From assembly GCA_964405065.1 (NCBI GenBank), contig CAYOMO010000002.1, positions 1-33,791 of the forward strand: DNA of 33,791 bases. The letters run 5' to 3'. The translations under genes and the position numbers were made by a program. This DNA comes from an uncultured Gammaproteobacteria bacterium (lineage in GTDB: Bacteria; Patescibacteriota; Microgenomatia; Daviesbacterales; UBA10151). This document shows positions 1 through 8,130 of this stretch, in pieces. The notes beneath the pieces were generated by a model. It saw only the letters and a list, made by a program, of their open reading frames with translations, ran no database searches and was not told the DNA's origin. Each line of letters starts with the position of its first letter. Position 1 is the first letter of the stretch.

Positions 1-1
1 A

Positions 2-2077
2 CCAACTCAGAAATACTCTAAATTTAAACAAATAATTGATAAGCTAGATGCTGAAACAGACTATGTAGTAGATGAAAAACTCAAAACTTCCCACCTGACT
101 GATCAGGGAATTATTAAAGTTGAAAAGCTTTTGGGAGTAGATAATTTATTTGAAAAAGATTACTCAGCATTGCATCATCTGGAAGAGGCTCTCAAAGCTA
201 GAGCATTATTTCAGCTTGATCGGGATTATGTGGTGCGTGATGGAGAAGTAATTATCGTCGATGAATTTACCGGTCGTTTGATGCCAGGTAGACGCTATTC
301 TGGTGGATTGCATCAGGCAATAGAGGCTAAAGAGGGAGTGCGAATTCAGCAAGAATCTCAAACTTTGGCTACAGTTTCGTTTCAAAATTATTTCAGAATG
401 TATGAAAAGTTGGCTGGAATGACTGGTACAGCTGCCACTGAAGCAGAGGAGTTTCATAAAATCTACAAACTTGATGTGGTGATAATTCCTACCAATCGGA
501 CAATGCAGCGAAAAGATCATGCTGACGCTATTTATAAAACTCAGGTGGCTAAATACAATGCCGTAGCTGAAGAAATTGCTAAAATCCATGAGACAGGACA
601 ACCTGTTTTAGTGGGTACAACCTCGATTGAGAAAAATGAATTTTTATCTTCTTTACTAAAAAAGAAAAAGATCTCACATGCTTTACTCAATGCTAAAAAT
701 CATGAAAAAGAGGCTGAGATTATTGCTGATGCGGGTCTTAAAGGAGCAGTTACTGTGGCTACCAATTTGGCTGGTCGAGGTGTGGATATTAAGCTGGGTA
801 AAAAAGCTGATGAGTTGGGTGGTCTATATGTAATTGGTACTGAAAGGCACGAATCTCGTCGGATTGATAATCAGTTGCGAGGTCGTTCAGGACGTCAAGG
901 TGATCCAGGTGGTACCAAATTTTTTGTTTCTTTAGAAGACGATCTAATGCGAATTTTTGGTGGTGATCAGGTAGCCAAAGTGATGAATTTTTTGAAGATG
1001 CCAGAGGACCAGCCAATTGAGCATGGTTTGGTATCCAAAGCTATTGAATCTGCCCAAAAGAAAGTTGAAGGACACAATTTTGATATCCGTAAACATACAG
1101 TTGAATACGATGATGTAATGAATCAACAGCGGCAGATAATTTATGGTGTCCGCGACCAAGTACTACATATTGCCGCGGGTAAATCATTCACTCGGCCGGG
1201 TATCGTAGATGAAGCTGCTCAGTCAGAGGCTAAAAGTCTTAAAGAGTTAATTTTAGAAAAGGTTGATCAGCAGATTGTCTCTATAGTCAGTATGCATTCC
1301 CAGGAAGGTACTGAATATGAAAAGATCGCTGAAGAATTTGGGACTATTGTGCCTTTTGATGAAAGTAGCCGAAAAAATTTGGTGGAGCAAATCAAGCAGA
1401 TTGGTAATGTTGATCAGATTGATGAGTTTTTAATCAAGTTGGCTCGTGATCTATATGAAGAAAAAGAAAAAGTTGTCGGAAGTGAAATCATGCGTCAAAT
1501 GGAGGTTTTTGTTTATCTCAATACTATCGATACTTTTTGGTTACAGCATCTGGTAAATATGGATGACTTGCGTTCAGGTATCAATCTACGCGGATATGCT
1601 CAGAGAGATCCACTAGTTGAATACAAAAGGGAAGGATTTGATATGTTTGAGCGAATGATGGTCGAGATCGATGGTGAAATTACTCGACGAATCTACAAAT
1701 TTAATGTTGATCACCACCATCATCAATCTCCGCAACCGGTCGTAGATCTGTCAAAAATATCAGAGGTTCATGAAGAGGCTTTGGATGAGCAAAATTTGTT
1801 GGAGGACGTTGGTCAACTGATGGACCATACTCCAGGTGAAGGAACAACAGTTAAAGTAGAAGGGTCTAGCAATGATGAATCCTACAATCAGCAACCATTA
1901 AGACAAGAACCAGCTGCAGCTACAAAAGTTACTGTTGAAAAAGGTGGTCAGGTAGTTTCAGAACAAGTTTATGGTGCCCAGGGTCAGCTAGCTAAACAAC
2001 ATGGTAAGATTGGTCGCAATGATCCTTGCTGGTGTGGTTCAGGTAAAAAATATAAAAAATGTCACTACCCGAATTAA
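2..2077 (+). CDS. secA: Preprotein translocase ATPase SecA, 5'-truncated by the window edge
   Basis: The frame of the listed ORF is open from nt 2 (..DYVVDEKLKTSHLTDQGIIKVEKLLGVDNLF..), so the gene starts upstream of the window. SecA motifs present: MTGTAATEAEEF, LVGTTSIEKNE, ATNLAGRGVDIKLG, GTERHESRRIDNQLRGRSGRQGDPG. C-terminal zinc-binding tail CWCGSGKKYKKCH. Confidence 0.97.
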   Translation, partial: PTQKYSKFKQIIDKLDAETDYVVDEKLKTSHLTDQGIIKVEKLLGVDNLFEKDYSALHHLEEALKARALFQLDRDYVVRDGEVIIVDEFTGRLMPGRRYSGGLHQAIEAKEGVRIQQESQTLATVSFQNYFRMYEKLAGMTGTAATEAEEFHKIYKLDVVIIPTNRTMQRKDHADAIYKTQVAKYNAVAEEIAKIHETGQPVLVGTTSIEKNEFLSSLLKKKKISHALLNAKNHEKEAEIIADAGLKGAVTVATNLAGRGVDIKLGKKADELGGLYVIGTERHESRRIDNQLRGRSGRQGDPGGTKFFVSLEDDLMRIFGGDQVAKVMNFLKMPEDQPIEHGLVSKAIESAQKKVEGHNFDIRKHTVEYDDVMNQQRQIIYGVRDQVLHIAAGKSFTRPGIVDEAAQSEAKSLKELILEKVDQQIVSIVSMHSQEGTEYEKIAEEFGTIVPFDESSRKNLVEQIKQIGNVDQIDEFLIKLARDLYEEKEKVVGSEIMRQMEVFVYLNTIDTFWLQHLVNMDDLRSGINLRGYAQRDPLVEYKREGFDMFERMMVEIDGEITRRIYKFNVDHHHHQSPQPVVDLSKISEVHEEALDEQNLLEDVGQLMDHTPGEGTTVKVEGSSNDESYNQQPLRQEPAAATKVTVEKGGQVVSEQVYGAQGQLAKQHGKIGRNDPCWCGSGKKYKKCHYPN

Positions 2078-2110
2078 GGCTTGAAGTGACATTTTTTGCG
2101 ATAACTTCAT

Positions 2111-2137
2111 TGCTACAATGATCGTTGTCTTGTAGCA
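2111..2137. terminator. Hairpin between convergent secA and the membrane-protein gene (8-bp stem TGCTACAA/TTGTAGCA, 11-nt loop)
   Basis: The inverted repeat was read directly. It is followed by T-rich TTCTGTTATATT on the plus strand. Confidence 0.35.
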
Positions 2138-2169
2138 TTCTGTTATATTAAAAAATGCCATTATCCTAA

Positions 2170-2667
2170 TTAATTTTTTATTAGTCCTTGCAGGGATGCA
2201 ATTACGAGCCAGCAGATACTAATTAGCAGAAAAATAATTCCGCATCCAAAAACCATGTTGCCGATTAGCCAGTCATATTCTAAAAGATTCATCTGTGTGA
2301 GTAGCCAATTCCAGTCGTGAATACCATTCATTCCAAGAAACATGGGTAGTCGCATGGCTTGTGAATCTTTGATATAGACTGCAACATTAATAATATTGTT
2401 GCCAATCCAAAATAGACTAAAAATAGTCGCTAGTTTTTGATGGGTGAGGATGAAATAGCCGAGTGCAAAACAGGGCACAAATATCTGAAAAAAAGATCCG
2501 CCTAAAATATAGACAAACTGTGGAAACAGCATAAAAAGCAGATGGCCGGTTTCATGAATGATAATATTGGCAAAGTCGAGCATTATCCAATGTTCGGGAG
2601 TAAAGATGAGTTGATAGCTCCAATACAGCATAGCCAAAAGATACAGTAGTTTTCCAATTTTATACAT
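2170..2667 (-). CDS. Hypothetical polytopic membrane protein with an HExxH motif (possible membrane-embedded zinc metallopeptidase)
   Basis: 165-aa ORF with several hydrophobic spans. IIHETGHLLF lies at the edge of a predicted transmembrane span. No other family signature recognised. Confidence 0.6.
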   Translation of the reverse strand: MYKIGKLLYLLAMLYWSYQLIFTPEHWIMLDFANIIIHETGHLLFMLFPQFVYILGGSFFQIFVPCFALGYFILTHQKLATIFSLFWIGNNIINVAVYIKDSQAMRLPMFLGMNGIHDWNWLLTQMNLLEYDWLIGNMVFGCGIIFLLISICWLVIASLQGLIKN

Positions 2668-2673
2668 ATATTT

Positions 2674-2682
2674 ATCATAGCA
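2674..2682 (-). promoter_or_regulatory. Extended -10 TGCTATGAT, 6 nt upstream of ATG 2667 (minus strand)
   Basis: The reverse complement of 2668-2686 reads ACCATGCTATGATAAATAT, followed by ATG. Confidence 0.4.
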
Positions 2683-2698
2683 TGGTGCAGTTTACCGA

Positions 2699-2727
2699 TT
2701 GATTATATAGACCCATAGTAGTATAAT
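2699..2727 (+). promoter_or_regulatory. Sigma70-like promoter TTGATT-17-TATAAT, 7 nt upstream of ATG 2735
   Basis: Hexamers read directly: TTGATT at 2699-2704, TATAAT at 2722-2727, ATG at 2735. Confidence 0.45.
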
Positions 2728-2734
2728 TTTTACT

Positions 2735-3454
2735 ATGCGTCTTCGTATTGATAGTCCAGAGCAATTTTTGGCATTGTTGCCAACACCACATACTCAAGTT
2801 GGAGAATGGCTTGGTATGGCTTTTGAGTTGGGTGGTGGTGTGGCGATTAATGATCGAAATCCAGATAAACCTCCTCATGGAGTACTTTCTTTAAATGTTC
2901 CCAAAGACCTAAGCTATGCTTCTTGGATAGGAGAGCGTTTTTTGGGAAAAGTCGCTCCTTATAAAGATGTTAAGAGTGCGCAAATTCGTTGGGGATCTCA
3001 AAGGGCGTTGGTACTGGCTCTGTTGATGATTCCATTTGCACCGTCCAGACGGGCTGATTTAACCACATTATTAAATAAAATTAATCCTGATTGTGGATTT
3101 TTTCCAGAGCCTTTGCCATATGAAGAAATAGTTAAAAGACCTGCCGCACTAGCTAGTATTGTTGAAAATAAAATTTCTTTAGATTCAGTTGTACATCGAA
3201 ATACAGGGTTTAGTTCGAGTAAACTTGATCTTTTAACATGTCTTAATGCAGAATATGGTGGAGATATTCGTAAAGTAGCTGAAGCAGGAACTAAATTTAG
3301 GATAAATCAATCTGAAATCACGTGCAGAGATGATTTGTGGCGATGGCAGTTGTCTGGACAAGAAGACATTCGTCGATTCTTAGAAGTGGCAAAAAAAGGT
3401 GCATTTTTTAAAACCGAACAGATTGAAAGGACACTTGCCGGCTTGGTAGCTTAA
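2735..3454 (+). CDS. Hypothetical protein, possibly a degenerate double-motif LAGLIDADG-fold protein
   Basis: 239-aa ORF. Two LAGLIDADG-like helices (EWLGMAFELGGGV, LDLLTCLNAEYGGD) are each followed by beta-hairpin-like segments. The tail WRWQLSGQEDIRRFLEVA is typical of the fold. Canonical catalytic acidic positions are not conserved. Confidence 0.55.
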   Translation: MRLRIDSPEQFLALLPTPHTQVGEWLGMAFELGGGVAINDRNPDKPPHGVLSLNVPKDLSYASWIGERFLGKVAPYKDVKSAQIRWGSQRALVLALLMIPFAPSRRADLTTLLNKINPDCGFFPEPLPYEEIVKRPAALASIVENKISLDSVVHRNTGFSSSKLDLLTCLNAEYGGDIRKVAEAGTKFRINQSEITCRDDLWRWQLSGQEDIRRFLEVAKKGAFFKTEQIERTLAGLVA

Positions 3455-3762
3455 ACAGGTTTCCACTGCGATTTTGCTAAATCCACGATATTACCCTTAA
3501 ATTGAACCCCTTCTTTTTCTAATTTTACTTGTTTACTATTTACTCCACCAAAAGCATAGCCGGTTAGTTTACCATTTGATGCCACCACCCGGTGGCAGGG
3601 GATTGTTTCGGGAGTTTTATTGGTGCTCATGCACATGCCAACTGCTCTTGCTGCTCCTGGTGAACTAGCCATTTTGGCCAGTTGGCCATAGGTGGCTACT
3701 TTACCTTTGGGAATTTGTTTGGCCAGCTCATAAATTTTGGTTTTAAATGCACTGTGGATCAT
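3451..3762 (-). CDS. MGMT-family protein (methylated-DNA-protein-cysteine methyltransferase C-terminal domain only)
   Basis: 103 aa. Active-site motif IPCHRVV with the cysteine retained, and an ATYGQLA helix. The start lies 2 nt after the recQ stop. Confidence 0.85.
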   Translation of the reverse strand: MIHSAFKTKIYELAKQIPKGKVATYGQLAKMASSPGAARAVGMCMSTNKTPETIPCHRVVASNGKLTGYAFGGVNSKQVKLEKEGVQFKGNIVDLAKSQWKPV

Positions 3763-3764
3763 AC

Positions 3765-5627
3765 TTAGAGTATACCAAGGTACCTGGAGCCTTTCTTTTG
3801 AGTATTTATATTTTTAATTCCTTTGGGATTGCAGTAGGCAATGATTTCCGCAATAAATGAGTCTCCGTACTGGACCAATTTCTGATCACCAACTCCTTTG
3901 ATTTGGGCAAACTGTTGTTTAGTTTGAGGATAGAATGTTGCCATATCTCTTAAAGAGGCATCAGAGAAGATAATGTAGGGAGGTAAGTTTTGTTTTTCAG
4001 CCAGGTCTTTTCGGAGAGCACGGAGAAGATTGAAAAGCTGGGTATCAAAAGGAGTAAATCCAGTGGTTGTGGTTGGATATGATGATTTAGGAGGTTGAAC
4101 AAGAGTGACTGGCTTTGTCAGATGAACCTGCAGCAGATTTTTTAAGAGCTGGTGGCTTTTGTTGTTTAATCGTAATACCGGATATTGGCCTTCTGTTTGT
4201 TCAATTAAATCTTCCTGAATAAGTTCAAGAATGAAATTTTGGATCTGATGAGTATTGTAATCACGAATTATTCCGTAGGTCGATAATTTTTGATGATCAT
4301 TTTGTAAAATTTGTTTGGTGTTTCGGCCATTTAAAATATCGGAAATGTATTTAGCTCCAAATCGTTGGCCAACTCTATACACACAACTAAGTATCTTTTG
4401 CGCAATTTCTGTAGCATCAAAAGTTTCCTTAGGAAATAAGCAGTTGTCACAGTTTTGGCAATTTTTCTTTTCCAAAGTTTCCCCAAAATAATCCAGTAAT
4501 TTTGCTCGGCGACATTGATGACTTTGAGCGTATCGGAGCATAGAGGTGAGTTGAATGTGAGCGATATGTTTTTCATCCGGATCTGTTTTTTGATCAATGA
4601 AAAATTTAATTTTTTCTCTGTCACTCGGATTAAACAGCAGTATACACTCACTTTCTAAACCATCTCTACCAGCTCGACCAGTCTCCTGGTAATACCTTTC
4701 AATATTGGAAGGGAGATCAGCATGAATGACAAATCTGACGTTTGGTTTATCAATACCCATCCCAAAAGCAACAGTAGCAACCATCACAACTCCCTCATCT
4801 TTAATAAATTTTTCTTGATGGGATTTTCTGACTTCATCATCCAGTCCAGCATGATAAGAAAGAGCCTTAATAGCGTGGTCTTGTAAATCTTTGGTGAGTG
4901 TCTCGACGTTTTTGCGTGAATGGCAATAAATGATACCAGACTGATCCGGGTGATCTTTGATATATTCCAGGGTTTGAGAGACTGCGTCAAATTTATCAAT
5001 TATTTTATAGCTCAGATTGGGTCTATTGAAACTAGCCTGATATTTATTGGCATTTTCCAGACCAAGTTGTTTGATAATATCCTGGCTGACTCTTTCGGTG
5101 GCAGTGGCTGTTAAAGCGATGATAGACACATGCGGGAAAAGTTTTTTTAATCTAGACAGTTTACGATATTCTGGTCTAAAATCGTGCCCCCATTCGGAGA
5201 TACAATGTGCTTCATCGATCGCAAATAAACTAATTGGTAATGACTGCATAAAATCTAAAAACTCACTTTGCATCAATCTTTCTGGTGCAACATACAATAA
5301 TTTAGTTTTGTTTTGAATTAAGTCGGATTTGACCTGATCTTTCTCTTGGTTAGTAAGAGAACTATTGAAAAAAGCATCTGTAGCCCCGTTTTGTATCAAC
5401 CCGTCCACCTGGTCTTTCATCAAAGCTATTAAGGGTGATACTACAATGGTTATCCCATCTTGTATTAGAGCGGGAAGTTGATAACAAAGAGATTTACCAC
5501 CTCCGGTTGGAATTAAAACAAAAACATCTTTTTTATTTAAAACATCTGTAACAATTGATTTTTGTAAAGGACGGAATTCATCATAGCCGTAGTATTGTTT
5601 AAGAGTAGAATAAAGCTTTTTATCCAT
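3765..5627 (-). CDS. recQ: ATP-dependent DNA helicase RecQ
   Basis: Walker A PTGGGKS, DEAH box FAIDEAHCISEWGHDFRPEY, TATAT, zinc-binding region CRRAKLLDYFGE..C.NCDNC, and an HRDC-like C-terminus (LFNLLRALRKDLAEKQNLPPYIIFSDASLRDMA). Confidence 0.95.
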   Translation of the reverse strand: MDKKLYSTLKQYYGYDEFRPLQKSIVTDVLNKKDVFVLIPTGGGKSLCYQLPALIQDGITIVVSPLIALMKDQVDGLIQNGATDAFFNSSLTNQEKDQVKSDLIQNKTKLLYVAPERLMQSEFLDFMQSLPISLFAIDEAHCISEWGHDFRPEYRKLSRLKKLFPHVSIIALTATATERVSQDIIKQLGLENANKYQASFNRPNLSYKIIDKFDAVSQTLEYIKDHPDQSGIIYCHSRKNVETLTKDLQDHAIKALSYHAGLDDEVRKSHQEKFIKDEGVVMVATVAFGMGIDKPNVRFVIHADLPSNIERYYQETGRAGRDGLESECILLFNPSDREKIKFFIDQKTDPDEKHIAHIQLTSMLRYAQSHQCRRAKLLDYFGETLEKKNCQNCDNCLFPKETFDATEIAQKILSCVYRVGQRFGAKYISDILNGRNTKQILQNDHQKLSTYGIIRDYNTHQIQNFILELIQEDLIEQTEGQYPVLRLNNKSHQLLKNLLQVHLTKPVTLVQPPKSSYPTTTTGFTPFDTQLFNLLRALRKDLAEKQNLPPYIIFSDASLRDMATFYPQTKQQFAQIKGVGDQKLVQYGDSFIAEIIAYCNPKGIKNINTQKKGSRYLGIL

Positions 5628-5727
5628 CGGATAATTAATCTAACAAAACCCGAAACTTTTTTCCAGTGGGCAAATATTTAAAAGTGAATTTTTAAATATG
5701 TGTTATATCTCAATAGGTAATAAGCTG

Positions 5728-5755
5728 TTGCAAAAGGCATTCTTTTAGCTACACT
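5728..5755 (+). promoter_or_regulatory. Sigma70-like promoter TTGCAA-16-TACACT, 6 nt upstream of ATG 5762
   Basis: TTGCAA at 5728-5733, TACACT at 5750-5755, ATG at 5762. Confidence 0.4.
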
Positions 5756-5761
5756 TAGTTT

Positions 5762-7291
5762 ATGGTTGAGTTGTTTGAGAAGTATTACTTATTAGTATTA
5801 ATATTCATATTAGCTGTACTGATCAGATTTCTTTATTTTCCTTTTAATATTTACTTTGGATACGACCAGGCACGGGATGCTTTTGTTGTTCAGGAGCTGT
5901 TACAGGGTAATTTGCGATTGGTTGGGCCAACGACATTGATTGATGGTCTGTTTCATGGCCCGCTTTATTATTATATTTTTGCTCCTTTTCATTTTTTGTC
6001 ATCTGGCAACCCTGAGGTGATAAATGCATTTCTAAGAATATTAAATGCGACTGGGATAATTTGGGTATTTTTAATTGGTTATCTCTTGTTTGGTAAAAAA
6101 ACTGGTTTATTGGCTGCATTTTTATATGCAGTATCTTTTGAACAAACCCAATTTGCTATTTATCAAAATCATCCATCTCTGTCTGTGCAGGCGGTGCTTA
6201 TTTATTATTTGGGACTTGTTTGGTTGCTATTTAAAAAAGATTGGCGAGGATTACCTTTATCTTGTTTAGGGCTTGGGCTTTCAATTCAGTTTGAATTTCC
6301 GTTGATCTATCTGGTAGTTGGTTTTTTTATCATGCTGATGACTGTGGGTTGGTGGGGGAAACAATTACCAGCCCTCTCATGGCGGCAATGGTTTCTGTCA
6401 GGCGGAGTTTTTCTAGTTGTTGTAGCTAGTTTTATCCTAGCTGAATTTAAATTTCATTTTCAGGGAATTAAAACGCTAGTGAATAATATTCTGATTCCAA
6501 GCGGATCGTCCCAACCAGACGTTTTCTACAATATGGAGCTGATTTTTGGCCGTTTTATTGGGGATTCCATTTTTTTCTTCTTTGCGCCATTTGTCGGTTT
6601 GGTAATTTTCTTCATCGCTGTCTGGTATCTATGGAAAAAATATGAGATGAAAAAAATAGTTTTTTTATTGATGTGGTTTGGTTTTGGTCTGATCCCTTAT
6701 TTGAAAAATACAGCTTCTATTCCACTTTATTACTATTCTGGAGCTGCATCAGTGGCGGCCATTATTTTTGTTAGTTTTTTACTGGTTAATTTGGCCCACA
6801 GATGGTTGGTGTTGAGTGTGGTTTTAACAGGGTTTATGGTCGTATCAAATGTTTATCAGATTCAGGCATACAACCCTTTGGGTACACTACCTTCAATCAA
6901 TGTTCAATCTGGAATGTTGTGGTCAGATCAGAAAAAAATAGTAGATTTTATTTATCAGGATGCATCTGGACAGCCTGTATCGGTGAATGCATTGTCAGTG
7001 CCACTTAATGTGAATATGGTGTGGAGCTATGTATTTGAGCGGTATGGTGAGCCAAAATATGGTTATTTACCTATATGGGGTGGAGATGCTGCTTTGGGAT
7101 ATGCCGGACATTTGAAAATAGAGACTGCTCGTTCAAGATTGCCAGTTAGGCAATATCTGATTATCGAGCCGACCAGAGGAATTGAACAGTACCTGGTAGA
7201 TGATTTTATAAATCAGGAAAATCTTTTTACAAATGTAGTTGATGAAAAAGAGTTTGGTTTGATCAAAGTTCAGATAAGAGAGAGATATTAA
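5762..7291 (+). CDS. GT-C fold membrane glycosyltransferase (ArnT/PMT/GT39-like), paralog of 28873..30408
   Basis: 509 aa with more than 10 hydrophobic spans. First-loop acidic motif YFGYDQARDA, then GPLYYY and FGKKTGLLAAFLYAVS. These align with GDEGRDA / GPLYYY / FGKTSALIAAFLYAIS of 28873..30408. Confidence 0.75.
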   Translation: MVELFEKYYLLVLIFILAVLIRFLYFPFNIYFGYDQARDAFVVQELLQGNLRLVGPTTLIDGLFHGPLYYYIFAPFHFLSSGNPEVINAFLRILNATGIIWVFLIGYLLFGKKTGLLAAFLYAVSFEQTQFAIYQNHPSLSVQAVLIYYLGLVWLLFKKDWRGLPLSCLGLGLSIQFEFPLIYLVVGFFIMLMTVGWWGKQLPALSWRQWFLSGGVFLVVVASFILAEFKFHFQGIKTLVNNILIPSGSSQPDVFYNMELIFGRFIGDSIFFFFAPFVGLVIFFIAVWYLWKKYEMKKIVFLLMWFGFGLIPYLKNTASIPLYYYSGAASVAAIIFVSFLLVNLAHRWLVLSVVLTGFMVVSNVYQIQAYNPLGTLPSINVQSGMLWSDQKKIVDFIYQDASGQPVSVNALSVPLNVNMVWSYVFERYGEPKYGYLPIWGGDAALGYAGHLKIETARSRLPVRQYLIIEPTRGIEQYLVDDFINQENLFTNVVDEKEFGLIKVQIRERY

Positions 7292-7638
7292 TATAAATAA
7301 GGAATAAAAATAATTAGACCAACAATGACGGCGGTGATAGAGGATACTAATACCGCTGCAGCGGCCACATCTTTGGCTTTTTTAGCTGATGGGTGTACTT
7401 GATCAGTAAAAGAATTTACTACCTCTTCAATAGCTGTATTAGTGAGTTCAACCATGACCACAATTCCAATGGTTAAGGTCAGGATTAGCCAATCAGTTTG
7501 AGAGATATTGAAATAACTGCCGGCAAAAATGACAACAGAGCCCACCAGGCAGTGAATTAAAAAATTGGGCTGATCTTGAGCAGCTGTTTTTAGTCCAGCG
7601 AAAGCATATTTAAATGAGTTAAGACGAGATTTAAGCAT
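7288..7638 (-). CDS. dgkA: Diacylglycerol/undecaprenol kinase (DgkA family)
   Basis: 116 aa, three transmembrane spans. NTAIEEVVNS...AKKAKDVAAAAVL matches the DgkA signature region. Confidence 0.85.
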   Translation of the reverse strand: MLKSRLNSFKYAFAGLKTAAQDQPNFLIHCLVGSVVIFAGSYFNISQTDWLILTLTIGIVVMVELTNTAIEEVVNSFTDQVHPSAKKAKDVAAAAVLVSSITAVIVGLIIFIPYLY

Positions 7639-7641
7639 AAC

Positions 7642-7676
7642 TAGTATTTAGTATATGGTATATGGTATATAGTTTG
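7642..7676. repeat. Degenerate heptamer tandem array TAGTATT TAGTATA TGGTATA TGGTATA TAGTTTG
   Basis: Read directly in the dgkA/EVE divergent spacer. Confidence 0.7.
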
Positions 7677-7677
7677 G

Positions 7678-7683
7678 AAGGAG
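7678..7683 (+). promoter_or_regulatory. Shine-Dalgarno AAGGAG, 7 nt before ATG 7691
   Basis: The only strong SD-like sequence I found upstream of any start codon in the window. Confidence 0.6.
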
Positions 7684-7690
7684 ACAAATT

Positions 7691-8101
7691 ATGGCATATT
7701 TTTTAGCTAAAACGGAGCCAAGTGTCTATTCCATAGATGAGCTGGAAAAGGTGGGTGAAGATTATTGGGATGGGGTCAATAATCCTTTGGCCAATAGATT
7801 TTTGAGAGAGATGAAGGTTGAGGATACAGTGTTGATATATCACAGTGGAACTGGAGATCCAGCTATAGTTGGTGTAGCCAAAGTAAGTCGTGTGGCAGAA
7901 CCTGACAAGAATAACCCTAAATCCTGGGTACCATGGTTTAAGTTTGTTAAAAAATTGGAAATGCCAGTTACATTGCATGAAATCAAAGATTCGCATCTGT
8001 TTGATGACTGGTATTTGGTCAAACAAGGGCGACTTTCAACTATGCCAGTGCCAGAAAAATTTATTATTTGGCTTCAGAAAAAAGGTATAAAAGTAACGTA
8101 A
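7691..8101 (+). CDS. EVE (PUA-like) domain protein
   Basis: 136 aa. YFLAKTEPSVYSIDEL, WDGVNNPLANRFLREMKVEDTVLIYHSG, IVGVAKV. Preceded by AAGGAG 7 nt upstream of the ATG. Confidence 0.85.
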   Translation: MAYFLAKTEPSVYSIDELEKVGEDYWDGVNNPLANRFLREMKVEDTVLIYHSGTGDPAIVGVAKVSRVAEPDKNNPKSWVPWFKFVKKLEMPVTLHEIKDSHLFDDWYLVKQGRLSTMPVPEKFIIWLQKKGIKVT

Positions 8102-8130
8102 TTAATTACGTAATTAAAATTTGAGAAAGT

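Noticed and set aside
206-1159. Antisense and alternate-frame ORFs from the six-frame track inside secA. Similar ones lie inside recQ, the GT-C genes, the M23 gene, ftsX, prfB, the ABC genes, rfbB/C/D, gmd and others.
   Set aside because: They lie entirely within strongly supported genes, have no recognisable motifs and show low-complexity shadow-frame composition.
7691-8101. The EVE domain protein, considered as part of a modification-dependent restriction or defence system.
   Set aside because: It is a stand-alone 136-aa domain with no adjacent nuclease, McrB-type GTPase or methyltransferase. Its neighbours are dgkA and tsaE.
8096-8111. Perfect 16-nt palindrome ACGTAATTAATTACGT overlapping the EVE stop codon, considered as an operator or restriction-type site.
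   Set aside because: It lies between convergent gene ends (EVE and tsaE), where no promoter is expected. It is most simply an AT-rich bidirectional terminator-like hairpin or chance symmetry.
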